Shown piece by piece: positions 55,733 to 64,000 of a DNA stretch of 64,000 bases. The notes beneath the pieces were generated by a model. That model worked only from the letters and a program-made list of their open reading frames with translations. It was not told the origin of the DNA and ran no database searches. Each line of letters opens with the position of its first letter. Within the stretch, counting starts at the first letter, position 1. The translations under genes were made by a program, and so were the position numbers. The DNA is from an uncultured Pseudomonadales bacterium (GTDB taxonomy: Bacteria; Pseudomonadota; Gammaproteobacteria; Pseudomonadales; Azotimanducaceae): assembly GCA_964640725.1 (NCBI GenBank), contig CAZXIJ010000013.1, positions 6,858 to 70,857 of the forward strand, given 5' to 3'.

Positions 55733-56869
55733 ATGAACCACCAGCAAACGCTGCCCCCGATCGACCCGGGCCTGGCCGGCGTCGTCGTCGGGACCACGCG
55801 CATATCTGAGGTCGACGGCGCTGCCGGCACGCTCACCTACCGGGGCAAGTCGCTGGATGCGTTGACGCGGCAGCCCTTCGCCGAGGTCGCAAGCCTGGTT
55901 GCCCTGGGCAAAGTGGTGCCGGGGGTCGTGCGGCTCATCGACCGTGCGCCGGCGCTGAGCGAACAGGAGCGCGCCCGGGTGCTGGCGGCGCCGGCGGATC
56001 TGTCGCCTATGCAGGTTCTGCAGGCTCTGATCGTTCAGCTCGACCACGATGACACTGTGCTGACGCTCACCGCCGGCGATCTTGACGCCATCGAGCCAGG
56101 GCAGGAGGCGCCGGAGCCGCTCGTTCGGGAGGCTGAGCGGGCACTGGTCATTGCCAGCAAGGCACCGGAAATCGTGGCCACGCATCTGGCAAGGTCAGCG
56201 GCCCCCGGCTCGGGCACGGGTTACGCCGAGCGATTCGGCGCCATGATCGGACGACCGGCAGATGCGAATCCGGCACTGCTGGATGCCTTTCGAGTCATGC
56301 AGATCCTCCAGCTGGAGCATAGTTTCAACGCCAGCACCTTCGCGGCCCGGGTCATCGCCAGCACTCTGGCACCAATCGAAAACGCCCTGTCAGGTGCTGT
56401 CGGCACGCTGCACGGGGTCCTGCACGGCGGGGCTGACCAGGCGGCACTGGAGACCGCCGACCGGGTCGGCAGCGCCGCAGCGGCCGCGGCCTTCGTCGAC
56501 GACTGCCTGGCCAACGGCGTCAAGGTGATGGGCATGGGGCACCGGGAATACCGGGTGATCGACCCCCGCGCGCGGTACGGCAAGGCCCTGGCTGAGCAGG
56601 TCAGCCGTGGCACCGAGCACGCGGCCACCTTCGAAACCCTGGCGGCCATCGAAGCGCGCTTTGGTGAGCGCATGGCCGCCAGCGGCAAAGCGCTGCATGC
56701 CAACATCGAGTTCTACAAGGGGCTGATCTTCCGCATGCTCGGGTTGCCGCCCCGGTACTTCACGGCACTCTTTGCCATGGCAAGGATCTTTGGCTACACG
56801 GCCCACGTGCTGGAGAGCCGTTTCGACAACCGGTTGATTCGTCCGGCTGCCGAATACATCGGCGCCTGA
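55733..56869 (+). CDS. citrate synthase / 2-methylcitrate synthase family protein
   Basis: LTYRGKSLD, LQLEHSFNASTFAARV, GTLHGVLHGGA, MGMGHREYRVIDPRA, and RLIRPAAEYIG at the C-terminus. GGAG lies 6 nt upstream of the ATG at 55733. An alternative ATG is at 55727. Confidence 0.85.
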   Translation: MNHQQTLPPIDPGLAGVVVGTTRISEVDGAAGTLTYRGKSLDALTRQPFAEVASLVALGKVVPGVVRLIDRAPALSEQERARVLAAPADLSPMQVLQALIVQLDHDDTVLTLTAGDLDAIEPGQEAPEPLVREAERALVIASKAPEIVATHLARSAAPGSGTGYAERFGAMIGRPADANPALLDAFRVMQILQLEHSFNASTFAARVIASTLAPIENALSGAVGTLHGVLHGGADQAALETADRVGSAAAAAAFVDDCLANGVKVMGMGHREYRVIDPRARYGKALAEQVSRGTEHAATFETLAAIEARFGERMAASGKALHANIEFYKGLIFRMLGLPPRYFTALFAMARIFGYTAHVLESRFDNRLIRPAAEYIGA

Positions 56870-56873
56870 ACAG

Positions 56874-57839
56874 CTAGCAGGGTCCGGGGCTGCAGCTGTT
56901 GCCGGCCAGCCCCGTGGCCGTGCCGTTGTCGACAATGGCATCGCCGGCCACATCGTACAGCCCGTTGTCCGAGACCGTGGTGCCGTAGACCCATTTGTTG
57001 CTGAGCTCGATCCCCGTCTGCCCGCCGCGAAAGGTGTTCCGGTCGACCAGGTTGTACTTCAGGTAACCGCCTGACGAGCCGGTCGCGATCAAACCAATGG
57101 TGTTGTCGTAGATCTTGTTGCGAACCACGCGGTTGTCGTGCGCGCCCGACCCGCCGGGCACGCCGTTACTGATCACGACCCCGTTCACGTTCGAATGAAT
57201 GCCATTGCCCTCGACAAGATTGCCGGAGCCGCTGGCGATGCCAACGCCAACCTGGTTGTCACGCATGGTATTGCTGATGACCCGGTTGTCGTCGCCACCG
57301 CGAATGTAGACGCCCTGATACTGATCCATAAAGGTATTGCGGGTGATCAGATTGTTCATGGAGACCCCAGGCCCGTCGACTATCACGCCCATCCGGGAAT
57401 CGTGCATCCGGTTGTCCCGAACAACAGAAGCCGTCACATTGCGCAGGTACACATCGTTGGCGCGGTTGTCGAAAAAGCGCAGGCGGGAAATGCTCACCTT
57501 GCTGCTGTCGTTCACAGCCACGCCGGCGTCAAACCCGCTGATGGCGCCGCCGCCCTCGACGATCACCTTGTGCCCCTCGACCACGGAAATGCCGGCGGAC
57601 GATCCCGGCGCCCCGGTGATGCGATGACCGTTCAGGTTGATCCGGACACCGGCCGCGTAAGCGACCCGCAGCCCAACGTCAGGACAGTCGAGCAGATCGG
57701 CGCTCAGGGTCACGCTGCTGCTGACCGTATCGCCGCAGGCCAACGCCTGGGCGAAGGAGGGCGTCAGCAGCACGCCGGCCAGCAGGCTGGCGCGGCCGAT
57801 CAACTGCTTTGCGGTTGGGGTTTGGTTCGCTCGATTCAT
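56874..57839 (-). CDS. secreted right-handed parallel beta-helix repeat (NosD/pectin-lyase-fold) protein
   Basis: GAGGAG lies upstream of the ATG at 57839. The signal peptide is LLAGVLLTPSFAQA. Periodic ..N.I..N.. repeats appear (NRANDVYL, VVRDNRMHDS, LITRNTF, VISNTMRDN, LVEGNGIHSN, VVRNKIYDN). C-terminal CSPGPC. Confidence 0.75.
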   Translation of the reverse strand: MNRANQTPTAKQLIGRASLLAGVLLTPSFAQALACGDTVSSSVTLSADLLDCPDVGLRVAYAAGVRINLNGHRITGAPGSSAGISVVEGHKVIVEGGGAISGFDAGVAVNDSSKVSISRLRFFDNRANDVYLRNVTASVVRDNRMHDSRMGVIVDGPGVSMNNLITRNTFMDQYQGVYIRGGDDNRVISNTMRDNQVGVGIASGSGNLVEGNGIHSNVNGVVISNGVPGGSGAHDNRVVRNKIYDNTIGLIATGSSGGYLKYNLVDRNTFRGGQTGIELSNKWVYGTTVSDNGLYDVAGDAIVDNGTATGLAGNSCSPGPC

Positions 57840-57919
57840 GGACAGGCTCCTCGGTTGGAGCCTGCACTCTAGGCAAGGGCGCTCGATGGAATTGTCTGCG
57901 TCCGGACACAGCAGACAAC

Positions 57920-58366
57920 CTACTCGGGCGTGAAGGCAAAACTCAGAACGTCCCCGGTGCGGGCAAATCCGCGAGCTTCCAGAAAGCGATTCACAGCACC
58001 AGGGCGCGCCGCCAACGACTCGCCGCCCTTGGATTCGGCGATCCCCATGGCGTGGCGCAACAGCCAGCGTCCCAGGCCCTGGCTCCGCTCTGACGGCACC
58101 ACGAGCAGGTAGCACAGCTCGAAGGATCGCGGCTGGGTCCCGGGCAGCAGGCGCATCAGGTAAACGCCGACCACCGCATCGTCCCGCTTGGCGACCCGGA
58201 GGTATCGGCCCGGGCGATCGTCCAGGCACTCCTGCACGATCTCGTCAAAGCCCGGCACCGCCGCCGGGTGCTCGTCGAACAGGTGCCAGGGCACCTCGTC
58301 GGCGTAGGGGCGAAACAGATTCAGGCTGTTCAGATAGGTCCAGCTGGGAACGAGCGCTACGGCCAT
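57920..58366 (-). CDS. GNAT family N-acetyltransferase
   Basis: Acetyl-CoA-binding motif RSQGLGRWLLRHAM. 148 aa. The ATG lies 2 nt after the DUF427 stop. Confidence 0.82.
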   Translation of the reverse strand: MAVALVPSWTYLNSLNLFRPYADEVPWHLFDEHPAAVPGFDEIVQECLDDRPGRYLRVAKRDDAVVGVYLMRLLPGTQPRSFELCYLLVVPSERSQGLGRWLLRHAMGIAESKGGESLAARPGAVNRFLEARGFARTGDVLSFAFTPE

Positions 58367-58368
58367 GG

Positions 58369-58953
58369 TTACCAGCCGCCGCTGCCGGGCTCGCCCTTGA
58401 TCGGGCCCGCGAGGTCCTTGCTGACCCAGCCGCCGTAGTAGCCGCCCGGCTGCGCGGTCACACGCTCATCGCCGAGAAAGCAGGGCAGGTGCTGCGGGTA
58501 AAAGGCGTACCAGCCGTACAGGTTCTCAAACTCCGGGTACACCGCCAGATAGCGCCAGGCGACAGCAAGGGTCGGCTCCACGCCGTGTGCGCGCGCGACC
58601 TCCGGGGCCAGTGCGCAGGACGCCGCAATGCCCTTCCACTCGCAGTGCGACTGACCGTCTATGGGTACCAGCGCGTCTTCTCGCACCGCATCCGGCGCAA
58701 AGTAGACGGTCGGCGCAGAGGCGGTCTCCATGACTTCTACCGCGGCATCGCTTTCGGCAATGACCAGTGCCTCGCCAAGCTGCACCCTCGCCGTACGGGT
58801 CAGGACCGCCTGGGACGGCGGCCGGGGAAAGTCCCACACGGACCGCTGTCCGGGTCCGGGCGCATCGGCAAAGGGCGGGCGCTGCTGGCCGCGCAAAGGC
58901 CAGGCATCGCGGTGCGCGAGCACCTGGGGCGAAGCTTCGATGCGCTGCGCCAT
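58369..58953 (-). CDS. DUF427 domain protein
   Basis: VYFAPDAV...CEWKG.A...W.Y......F....G..AFY is the DUF427 pattern. Its start shares one nucleotide with the upstream stop (TGATG). Confidence 0.75.
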   Translation of the reverse strand: MAQRIEASPQVLAHRDAWPLRGQQRPPFADAPGPGQRSVWDFPRPPSQAVLTRTARVQLGEALVIAESDAAVEVMETASAPTVYFAPDAVREDALVPIDGQSHCEWKGIAASCALAPEVARAHGVEPTLAVAWRYLAVYPEFENLYGWYAFYPQHLPCFLGDERVTAQPGGYYGGWVSKDLAGPIKGEPGSGGW

Positions 58954-60116
58954 CAGGCTTTGGCCAGCGCCAGCTCGACATCACGCTGCAGGTCGGCAAC
59001 GGACTCGATGCCGACGCTGAGCCGAATCAGCCCGTCGTCGATGCCGAGCTTCGCGCGAATGTCTGCGGGGATGCTGGCGTGCGTCATGATTGCCGGGTGT
59101 TCGATGAGCGATTCCACGCCCCCCAGGCTCTCCGCCAGGGTGAAGATATGCACGTTTTCCAGAAACGCCCGGGCCGCCGGCAGCCCGCCGCGGATCGAAA
59201 AGGACAACATGCCGCCAGGGCCTTTCATCTGCTTCTGCGCCAGGTCGTAGTCCGGATGGCTGGGCAATCCCGGGTACACGACCCGCTCGACCTTCGGGTG
59301 ATCTTCCAGCATCGCCGCCAGCACCTGGGCGTTGGCCTGGTGGGCTTCCATGCGCACCGCCAGCGTCTTCAGGCTGCGCATGCACAGAAAAGCATCGAAG
59401 GTGCTCTGAATGCCGCCAATGGAGTTGGACAGGAAGCCGAGGCGTTCCGCCAGGGTCTCGCTGTCGGTCACGACCACGCCGCCCACCAGGTCGCTGTGCC
59501 CGTTAATGAACTTGGTCGACGAGTGCAGGACCAGATCAGCCCCCTGGGCAATCGGATTTTGCAGGTAGGGGCTCATGAAGGTGTTGTCGACCATCACCAG
59601 CGCATCGTGGGCGTGGGCCACTTCGCTCAGCGCCTTGACGTCGATCAGCTTGAGCAGCGGGTTTGTTGGCGATTCCATCCACACCAGCTTGGTGTTGGCC
59701 TGGATGGCCTGAGTCAGATTCTGGGGGTTCGACAGGTCGACGTAGCTGAAGTCCACGCCGTTCTTCTTGATGACCTGCTCGAACAGGCGATAGGTACCGC
59801 CGTACATATCGTCGCAGCACACCACGTGGTCGCCGGCCTGCAGCAGGTGCATGACCGTGGTCGCGCCCACACAGCCGGACGCAAAGGCAAAGCCGAATCG
59901 GGCCTGCTCCAGATTGGCGACACAGGTCTCGTAGGCCCGGCGCGTTGGGTTGTGCGTGCGGCTGTACTCGTAGCCCTTGTGGACCCCGGGCGAGGACTGC
60001 GCGTAGGTCGAGGTCAGGTACAGGGGCGGGATCACCGCGCCCGTGGCCTCGTCCGGGGGCTGGCCAGCGTGAATGGCACGGGTTTCAAAACCATATTCGT
60101 CAGCAGACCAGTCCAT
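58953..60116 (-). CDS. PLP-dependent trans-sulfuration enzyme (cystathionine gamma-lyase / gamma-synthase family)
   Basis: FETRAIHAG, YSRTHNPTR, VDNTFMSPYLQNP, the PLP lysine in HSSTKFINGHSD, and ESLGGVESL. Confidence 0.9.
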   Translation of the reverse strand: MDWSADEYGFETRAIHAGQPPDEATGAVIPPLYLTSTYAQSSPGVHKGYEYSRTHNPTRRAYETCVANLEQARFGFAFASGCVGATTVMHLLQAGDHVVCCDDMYGGTYRLFEQVIKKNGVDFSYVDLSNPQNLTQAIQANTKLVWMESPTNPLLKLIDVKALSEVAHAHDALVMVDNTFMSPYLQNPIAQGADLVLHSSTKFINGHSDLVGGVVVTDSETLAERLGFLSNSIGGIQSTFDAFLCMRSLKTLAVRMEAHQANAQVLAAMLEDHPKVERVVYPGLPSHPDYDLAQKQMKGPGGMLSFSIRGGLPAARAFLENVHIFTLAESLGGVESLIEHPAIMTHASIPADIRAKLGIDDGLIRLSVGIESVADLQRDVELALAKA

Positions 60117-60171
60117 TTGCTACCTTGCCTTGCGAGCCATCGGGGCCGGCACAGTAGCGAGGGACAGGCGC

Positions 60172-61059
60172 ATGAATCAACCACCACAGAATGGCGTGCC
60201 GACAGCCCCCGCTGGGCTGGCCGCCCCAGACCCGCTCGCGACCTTTGCCCCGGAGCTGTTCCGCGGGCAAACGGTGCTGGTCACCGGCGGCGGCCGCGGC
60301 ATTGGGCGGGACATCGCCCTGGGCTTTGCCCGCTTCGGCGCCAGCGTCGTGATTGCCGCCCGGGGCGAGGACAACCTGAACCGCACCCGCAGCGACATCG
60401 AGGCCCTCGGCAGCGAGTGTCTTGCGGTGCCCGTCAATATCCGCGATCCGGAGAGCGTGGACGCGCTGCGCGACGCGGCGCTGGCGCGCTTCGGCCAGAT
60501 CGATGCGCTGATCAACAACGCCGGCGGGCAGTTTCCGGCCCGCCCCGCCGACATCAGCGACAACGGCTGGCGCTCGGTCATCGACCTGAACCTGAACGGC
60601 ACCTGGAACGTCAGCCAGCGCATCGGCACGCACATGGTGGAACGGGGCCGGGGCAGTATCGTGAATATCGTGCACATCTACTCCTTCGAGCGCGGGGCGC
60701 CGCATTTTCCGCACTCCGGCGCCGCCCGCGCCGGGGTTGTCAGCCTGACCCGGTCCCTGGCCTACCACTGGGCACGGCGCGGCGTGACGGTAAACGCGCT
60801 GGCACCGGGCAGCATCGACACCCAGGGGCTGCGGGAAGAGGAATTTGCCGCGGCCGACCGCAGCGACTACGAGGCCGAGACCCTGCGCGATATCCCAAGC
60901 CACCGGTTGGGCACCACGGACGAGGTTGCCGGTGCCTGCCTGTTCCTGTGCTCGCCGGCGGCGCGCTACATCAACGGCGCCGCGCTGATCGCCGATGGCG
61001 GCTATTATCTGGATCAATGGACGCCGATGCTGAATCCAGAGCTGGACCCAGCGCCTTGA
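60172..61059 (+). CDS. SDR family oxidoreductase (enoyl/dienoyl-CoA-reductase-like)
   Basis: VLVTGGGRGIGRDIA, NNAGG and HSGAARAGVVSLTRSLA (a PECR/DECR-like active-site variant, from recollection). GAGGGA lies upstream of the ATG at 60172. Confidence 0.82.
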   Translation: MNQPPQNGVPTAPAGLAAPDPLATFAPELFRGQTVLVTGGGRGIGRDIALGFARFGASVVIAARGEDNLNRTRSDIEALGSECLAVPVNIRDPESVDALRDAALARFGQIDALINNAGGQFPARPADISDNGWRSVIDLNLNGTWNVSQRIGTHMVERGRGSIVNIVHIYSFERGAPHFPHSGAARAGVVSLTRSLAYHWARRGVTVNALAPGSIDTQGLREEEFAAADRSDYEAETLRDIPSHRLGTTDEVAGACLFLCSPAARYINGAALIADGGYYLDQWTPMLNPELDPAP

Positions 61060-61111
61060 ACCCTGAGCATCGTCGTTGTGCAATGTCCTGGCTAACACGG
61101 AAACACCACTC

Positions 61112-61804
61112 ATGACCCACCAACGGATCCTGCGAAACACCGCCCTGCTGCTGAGCGCTCTGCTCAGCTTGCCGGCCTGGAGCGCTGGCTCCGGCGGCGG
61201 CGGTATCGCGCCTGCATCGAGCGGCAAACCGAAATCGCCGGAGCAGATCGCGGCGTCCCAATACCGATCCGGGCTCAAGCAGAAGGACAAAGCGCTCAAG
61301 GCCCACGCCAAGGCGACCGCAGCCACCAGCGATCGCAGCCGCGCCAGGCAGGAAAAGCGCGCCGACAAGGCCTTCGGCAAGGCCATCGAGCACTTCAAAA
61401 AGGTGCTGCAGGTTGACCCCAGACACTACAAAGCCGCCAACGAGCTGGGCTATGCCCTGCGCCGTACCGGCGACTACAAGAGCGCCATCGGCGCCTACAA
61501 CTACGCGCTGCAGCTCAAGCCGGATTTTCTGGAAGCGATCGAGTACCGCGGCGAAGCGCTCATGAACATGGGGTTCTTCAGCGAGACGCGCAAGGCGTAC
61601 CTCAAGCTGTACCGGGAGGACCAGCAGCTCGCGGCAGAGCTGATGGCGGCTATGAAAGTCTGGGTCAACGACCATGCGGGCGAAGGCAGCGAGCCTTCCG
61701 AGGCCGAGCAAGGGTTCGCAGACTGGGTCCGGGAGCGCTCGGGCTTGACGCAGTACAGCGCGGACCCGGACGCGCAATCGACGGACGGACACTGGCGCTC
61801 CTGA
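61112..61804 (+). CDS. secreted TPR-repeat protein
   Basis: Signal peptide LLLSALLSLPAWSA, then a Gly/Ser/Lys-rich linker, then TPR units (YKAANELGYALRRTGDYKSAIGAYNYALQLKPDFLEAIEYRGEA). Confidence 0.75.
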   Translation: MTHQRILRNTALLLSALLSLPAWSAGSGGGGIAPASSGKPKSPEQIAASQYRSGLKQKDKALKAHAKATAATSDRSRARQEKRADKAFGKAIEHFKKVLQVDPRHYKAANELGYALRRTGDYKSAIGAYNYALQLKPDFLEAIEYRGEALMNMGFFSETRKAYLKLYREDQQLAAELMAAMKVWVNDHAGEGSEPSEAEQGFADWVRERSGLTQYSADPDAQSTDGHWRS

Positions 61805-61853
61805 TGCCCCTGACGCGACGAGCGGTTCTCGCGCGCACCTTGTCCAAGGTGGG

Positions 61854-62681
61854 TCAGGACAACAGCGCGCTCGCGTCTTCGTAGTTCACCAGGCCCAGCC
61901 GCGCCGCCTTCGGCGGCTGGTAAGAGCGAAAGCCCAGCATTCGCTGCGCGTGCTCCGGCAAGGCGCGAGCGGTTTCCAGACTCGTCGTGAGCTGATGGTT
62001 TTCCTCGGCGCGCAGCCAGCCGAGCACGAACCCGGCGTGCAGCCCGATGCGCCATTGGTCCGCGGAGCGGTTCGCGCCGCCACCATGAATCACCTTGCCG
62101 TTGTAGAGCAACGCCGCGCCAGCCGGCATCTCAGCCTGGCAGCACTGGCTCGGACTGACCGCCGGCAGCGCGCCGGGCCAGCGATGGCTACCGGGCGCGA
62201 CGACTGTCGCGCCGTTCTCCCGGGTAAACTCCGTGAGCGCAAAGATCGCGGTGACAGTGGTTTCGTGATCGTCGCTCACAGCCGCCGGCCAATTCAGCTC
62301 GTCCCGATGCAGCATCTGCTCTGACTCGCCGGGCCCGATGCAGATCAGCTGTCCCGTATTGAGGTAGTAGTTGTCTGCGCCCAGATAGTAGTCGCCCAGG
62401 GCGCGATAGAGTGGGTCGCAAAGCAACTCGCCCCAGCGTCGGGACATCTCGGCAACGCCGGTCAGGCGCTTCGTGGCGGCCCCGTGAAACGAACGCCAGA
62501 ACTCGTGGCCGCCTTGTGCCCCGGGGCTGTGGTCGCCCACGTGCGGCAGCACATCGTTGCGCAGCGCACGCAGCAGCTCCGGTGCCAGAAAGTCATCGAC
62601 GATCACTGCCCCGTCTTTTTCGATGGCGGCGAAGATCGCCGCCTCGCCGACGGCGCGATCAACGTGGGTCAAGGTCGGCAT
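61854..62681 (-). CDS. phytanoyl-CoA dioxygenase (PhyH) family Fe(II)/2-oxoglutarate oxygenase
   Basis: AAGGAGAG lies upstream of the ATG at 62681. HxD in LHRDELNW, the distal His in KVIHGGGAN. Confidence 0.82.
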   Translation of the reverse strand: MPTLTHVDRAVGEAAIFAAIEKDGAVIVDDFLAPELLRALRNDVLPHVGDHSPGAQGGHEFWRSFHGAATKRLTGVAEMSRRWGELLCDPLYRALGDYYLGADNYYLNTGQLICIGPGESEQMLHRDELNWPAAVSDDHETTVTAIFALTEFTRENGATVVAPGSHRWPGALPAVSPSQCCQAEMPAGAALLYNGKVIHGGGANRSADQWRIGLHAGFVLGWLRAEENHQLTTSLETARALPEHAQRMLGFRSYQPPKAARLGLVNYEDASALLS

Positions 62682-62803
62682 GGGACTCTCCTTCAGAACT
62701 TGAGGGCTTTGGAACGCAGGCGGACAGCCGCGTGCCCGATGGTACACATCAGTTTGATCCCTCGCCTTGCCGCCCGCGGCAAAGCGCCCTAGCGTGTGTC
62801 GCC

Positions 62804-63790
62804 ATGGACCTTAAGAAATCCCTGACCGCAGCGCTGACCGTGACTGCACTCGCCGCGTCCGGTGCGCAGGCGCTGCACTGCCTGCCCAAGCCCCCGGCAG
62901 GGTTCCCCCGAGCCGCCCTTGACTGGCACACCGGCTGGCCACCGGCAGCCGAAGGCGCAGCGCACGCCGCAAGGATTGACCTCGGCCGAGCGCTGTTTGC
63001 CGACCCGCGCCTGAGCGGTAACGGCACGCAAAGCTGCGCCAGCTGCCATGAGGCTCAGGCCCACCTGGCCCAGACGCTCCCGCAGTCTGTCGGCAGCACC
63101 GGGCAGCAGCTCGACAGCAACGCGCCGACGCTGTTCAACAGCGCGCTCAAGTTCCGGCTCGAGTGGCGTGCTGGAGGGCCGGAGCGTCTCTTTGAACAGC
63201 ATCGAAGACCGCTGACCGGCACCGCGCCCGTCGAGATGGGGGCTGGCCCCGAGCAATGGGCCAAGCTCAACCGGGATCCCCATCTGATGCGGCAGCTGCA
63301 CGCGGCGCAGGTGCCCGGATCGCTGCAGTCCGGCCCTGCGACCGCTTTCGATCTGGATATCGTGACGCGCCTGATCGCCGGCTACGTGGCGACGCTGCGC
63401 TGCGCCACGACCTTCGACCGCTACCTGTACGAGGACCGCCAGGACGCGCTTGGCGCGGCGGCGCGGCGAGGCCTTGAGCTGTTCGGCTCGTCGCGGCTGC
63501 AGTGTGCCCGGTGCCATCGCGGGCCGTTGCTGGGCGGCGGGCTGCGCAGCGCGCAGGCCGGTTTTCCGGCCGTAGAGCAGGCCCGCCGGCACGGCGGCCG
63601 GACCCTGCTTCTGGTCACTCCGAGCCTGCGCGGCGTCGCCCATACCGCCCCTTACTACTTCGACGGCAGCGCAGCGACGCTCACCGCCGTGATTGATGAC
63701 TACGCGAGCGGGCGAATCGACGACATCGAGGGCTTCGCTCTCAGCGCCGCCGAGCGCGCAGATCTCCTCGCTTTTCTGCAAACCCTGTAG
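62804..63790 (+). CDS. di-haem cytochrome c peroxidase / MauG family protein
   Basis: A signal peptide and two CxxCH motifs (CASCH and CARCH) about 150 residues apart. LFADPRLSGNG is a typical CCP N-terminus. ATG at 62804; the track ORF from 62411 is over-extended. Confidence 0.85.
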   Translation: MDLKKSLTAALTVTALAASGAQALHCLPKPPAGFPRAALDWHTGWPPAAEGAAHAARIDLGRALFADPRLSGNGTQSCASCHEAQAHLAQTLPQSVGSTGQQLDSNAPTLFNSALKFRLEWRAGGPERLFEQHRRPLTGTAPVEMGAGPEQWAKLNRDPHLMRQLHAAQVPGSLQSGPATAFDLDIVTRLIAGYVATLRCATTFDRYLYEDRQDALGAAARRGLELFGSSRLQCARCHRGPLLGGGLRSAQAGFPAVEQARRHGGRTLLLVTPSLRGVAHTAPYYFDGSAATLTAVIDDYASGRIDDIEGFALSAAERADLLAFLQTL

Positions 63791-63820
63791 GCTGCGACGA
63801 CCGGCCTGCGAACCTTGCCC

Positions 63821-64000
63821 ATGATTGTTTTTGCGAAACGACTGATTCTGCTGATGGGCCTGGGCCTGATTGTCGCCTGGGCCGCCTGGTCCATCGTGCC
63901 GCCGTCGCCTGTGAGCGGCCGCCAGAACCAGATCGTTGATCTGCACGTGCACGCCGCCGGCATCGGCGCTGGGGACAGCGGTGCCTTCATCAACGCAGAG
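63821..64000 (+). CDS. N-terminal fragment of a membrane-anchored protein, possibly an amidohydrolase-type metal hydrolase (runs off the window)
   Basis: The frame is open from the ATG at 63821 to the window end: MIVFAKRLILLMGLGLIVAWAAW (anchor/signal), then QIVDLHVHAAG (DxHxH-like). It is not in the ORF track because no stop is reached. Confidence 0.4.
   Translation, partial: MIVFAKRLILLMGLGLIVAWAAWSIVPPSPVSGRQNQIVDLHVHAAGIGAGDSGAFINAE

Noticed and set aside
58767-61115. 782-aa plus-strand ORF spanning the metB-like gene and the SDR gene
   Set aside because: It is antisense to the PLP enzyme for its first half. In its second half it runs in a different frame across the same-strand SDR gene (60172..61059), which has its own SD and ATG. 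The composition is Arg/Gly/Pro-rich throughout.

Overview
This is a 64-kb, densely coding chromosomal segment with high GC content (judged by eye, not computed). It looks gammaproteobacterial. From memory, the gene order matches two Pseudomonas-type housekeeping blocks: trpC-crp/vfr-osmC...coq7, and dsbD-aroQ-accB-prmA-DUF3426-dusB-purH-purD. I call about 70 CDS across both strands. I found no rRNA, tRNA, CRISPR array, IS/transposase, integrase or phage gene, so the window reads as core chromosome rather than an obvious mobile or defence island. Confident genes include trpC (partial), crp, coq7, purD, purH, dusB, prmA, accB, aroQ, dsbD, a PCu(A)C copper chaperone, hppA (membrane pyrophosphatase), a PPi-type phosphofructokinase, mpl, comF, srkA, aceK, nadE, a GH20 hexosaminidase, a LysR regulator, a citrate-synthase-family enzyme, a cystathionine gamma-lyase-like enzyme and a di-haem cytochrome c peroxidase. 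I did not recognise any known defence system. The novelty candidates are uncharacterised, translationally coupled gene sets. (1) aceK sits inside a five-gene junction-overlapping operon with an SDR, a small membrane protein, a HAD phosphatase and a TraB/GumN lipoprotein. (2) A TonB-C-domain lipoprotein is overlapped with a ferric-reductase-like membrane protein, followed by a periplasmic M20 amidohydrolase. (3) A signal-less GH20 hexosaminidase with an unexplained C-terminal extension is coupled to an APH-fold kinase, next to a single-domain SIS protein. (4) A 95-aa protein is overlapped with a PhyH dioxygenase. (5) An HExxH 'SprA-related' protein pairs with a 95-aa Ala-rich partner. (6) An unknown lipoprotein is coupled to PCu(A)C and DUF2333, opposite dsbD. 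Two further observations: accC and fis are missing from their canonical slots, and the H+/Na+-PPase and the PPi-PFK lie close together with an orphan prepilin. Many long ORFs in the track are antisense shadow frames typical of high-GC DNA and are rejected.
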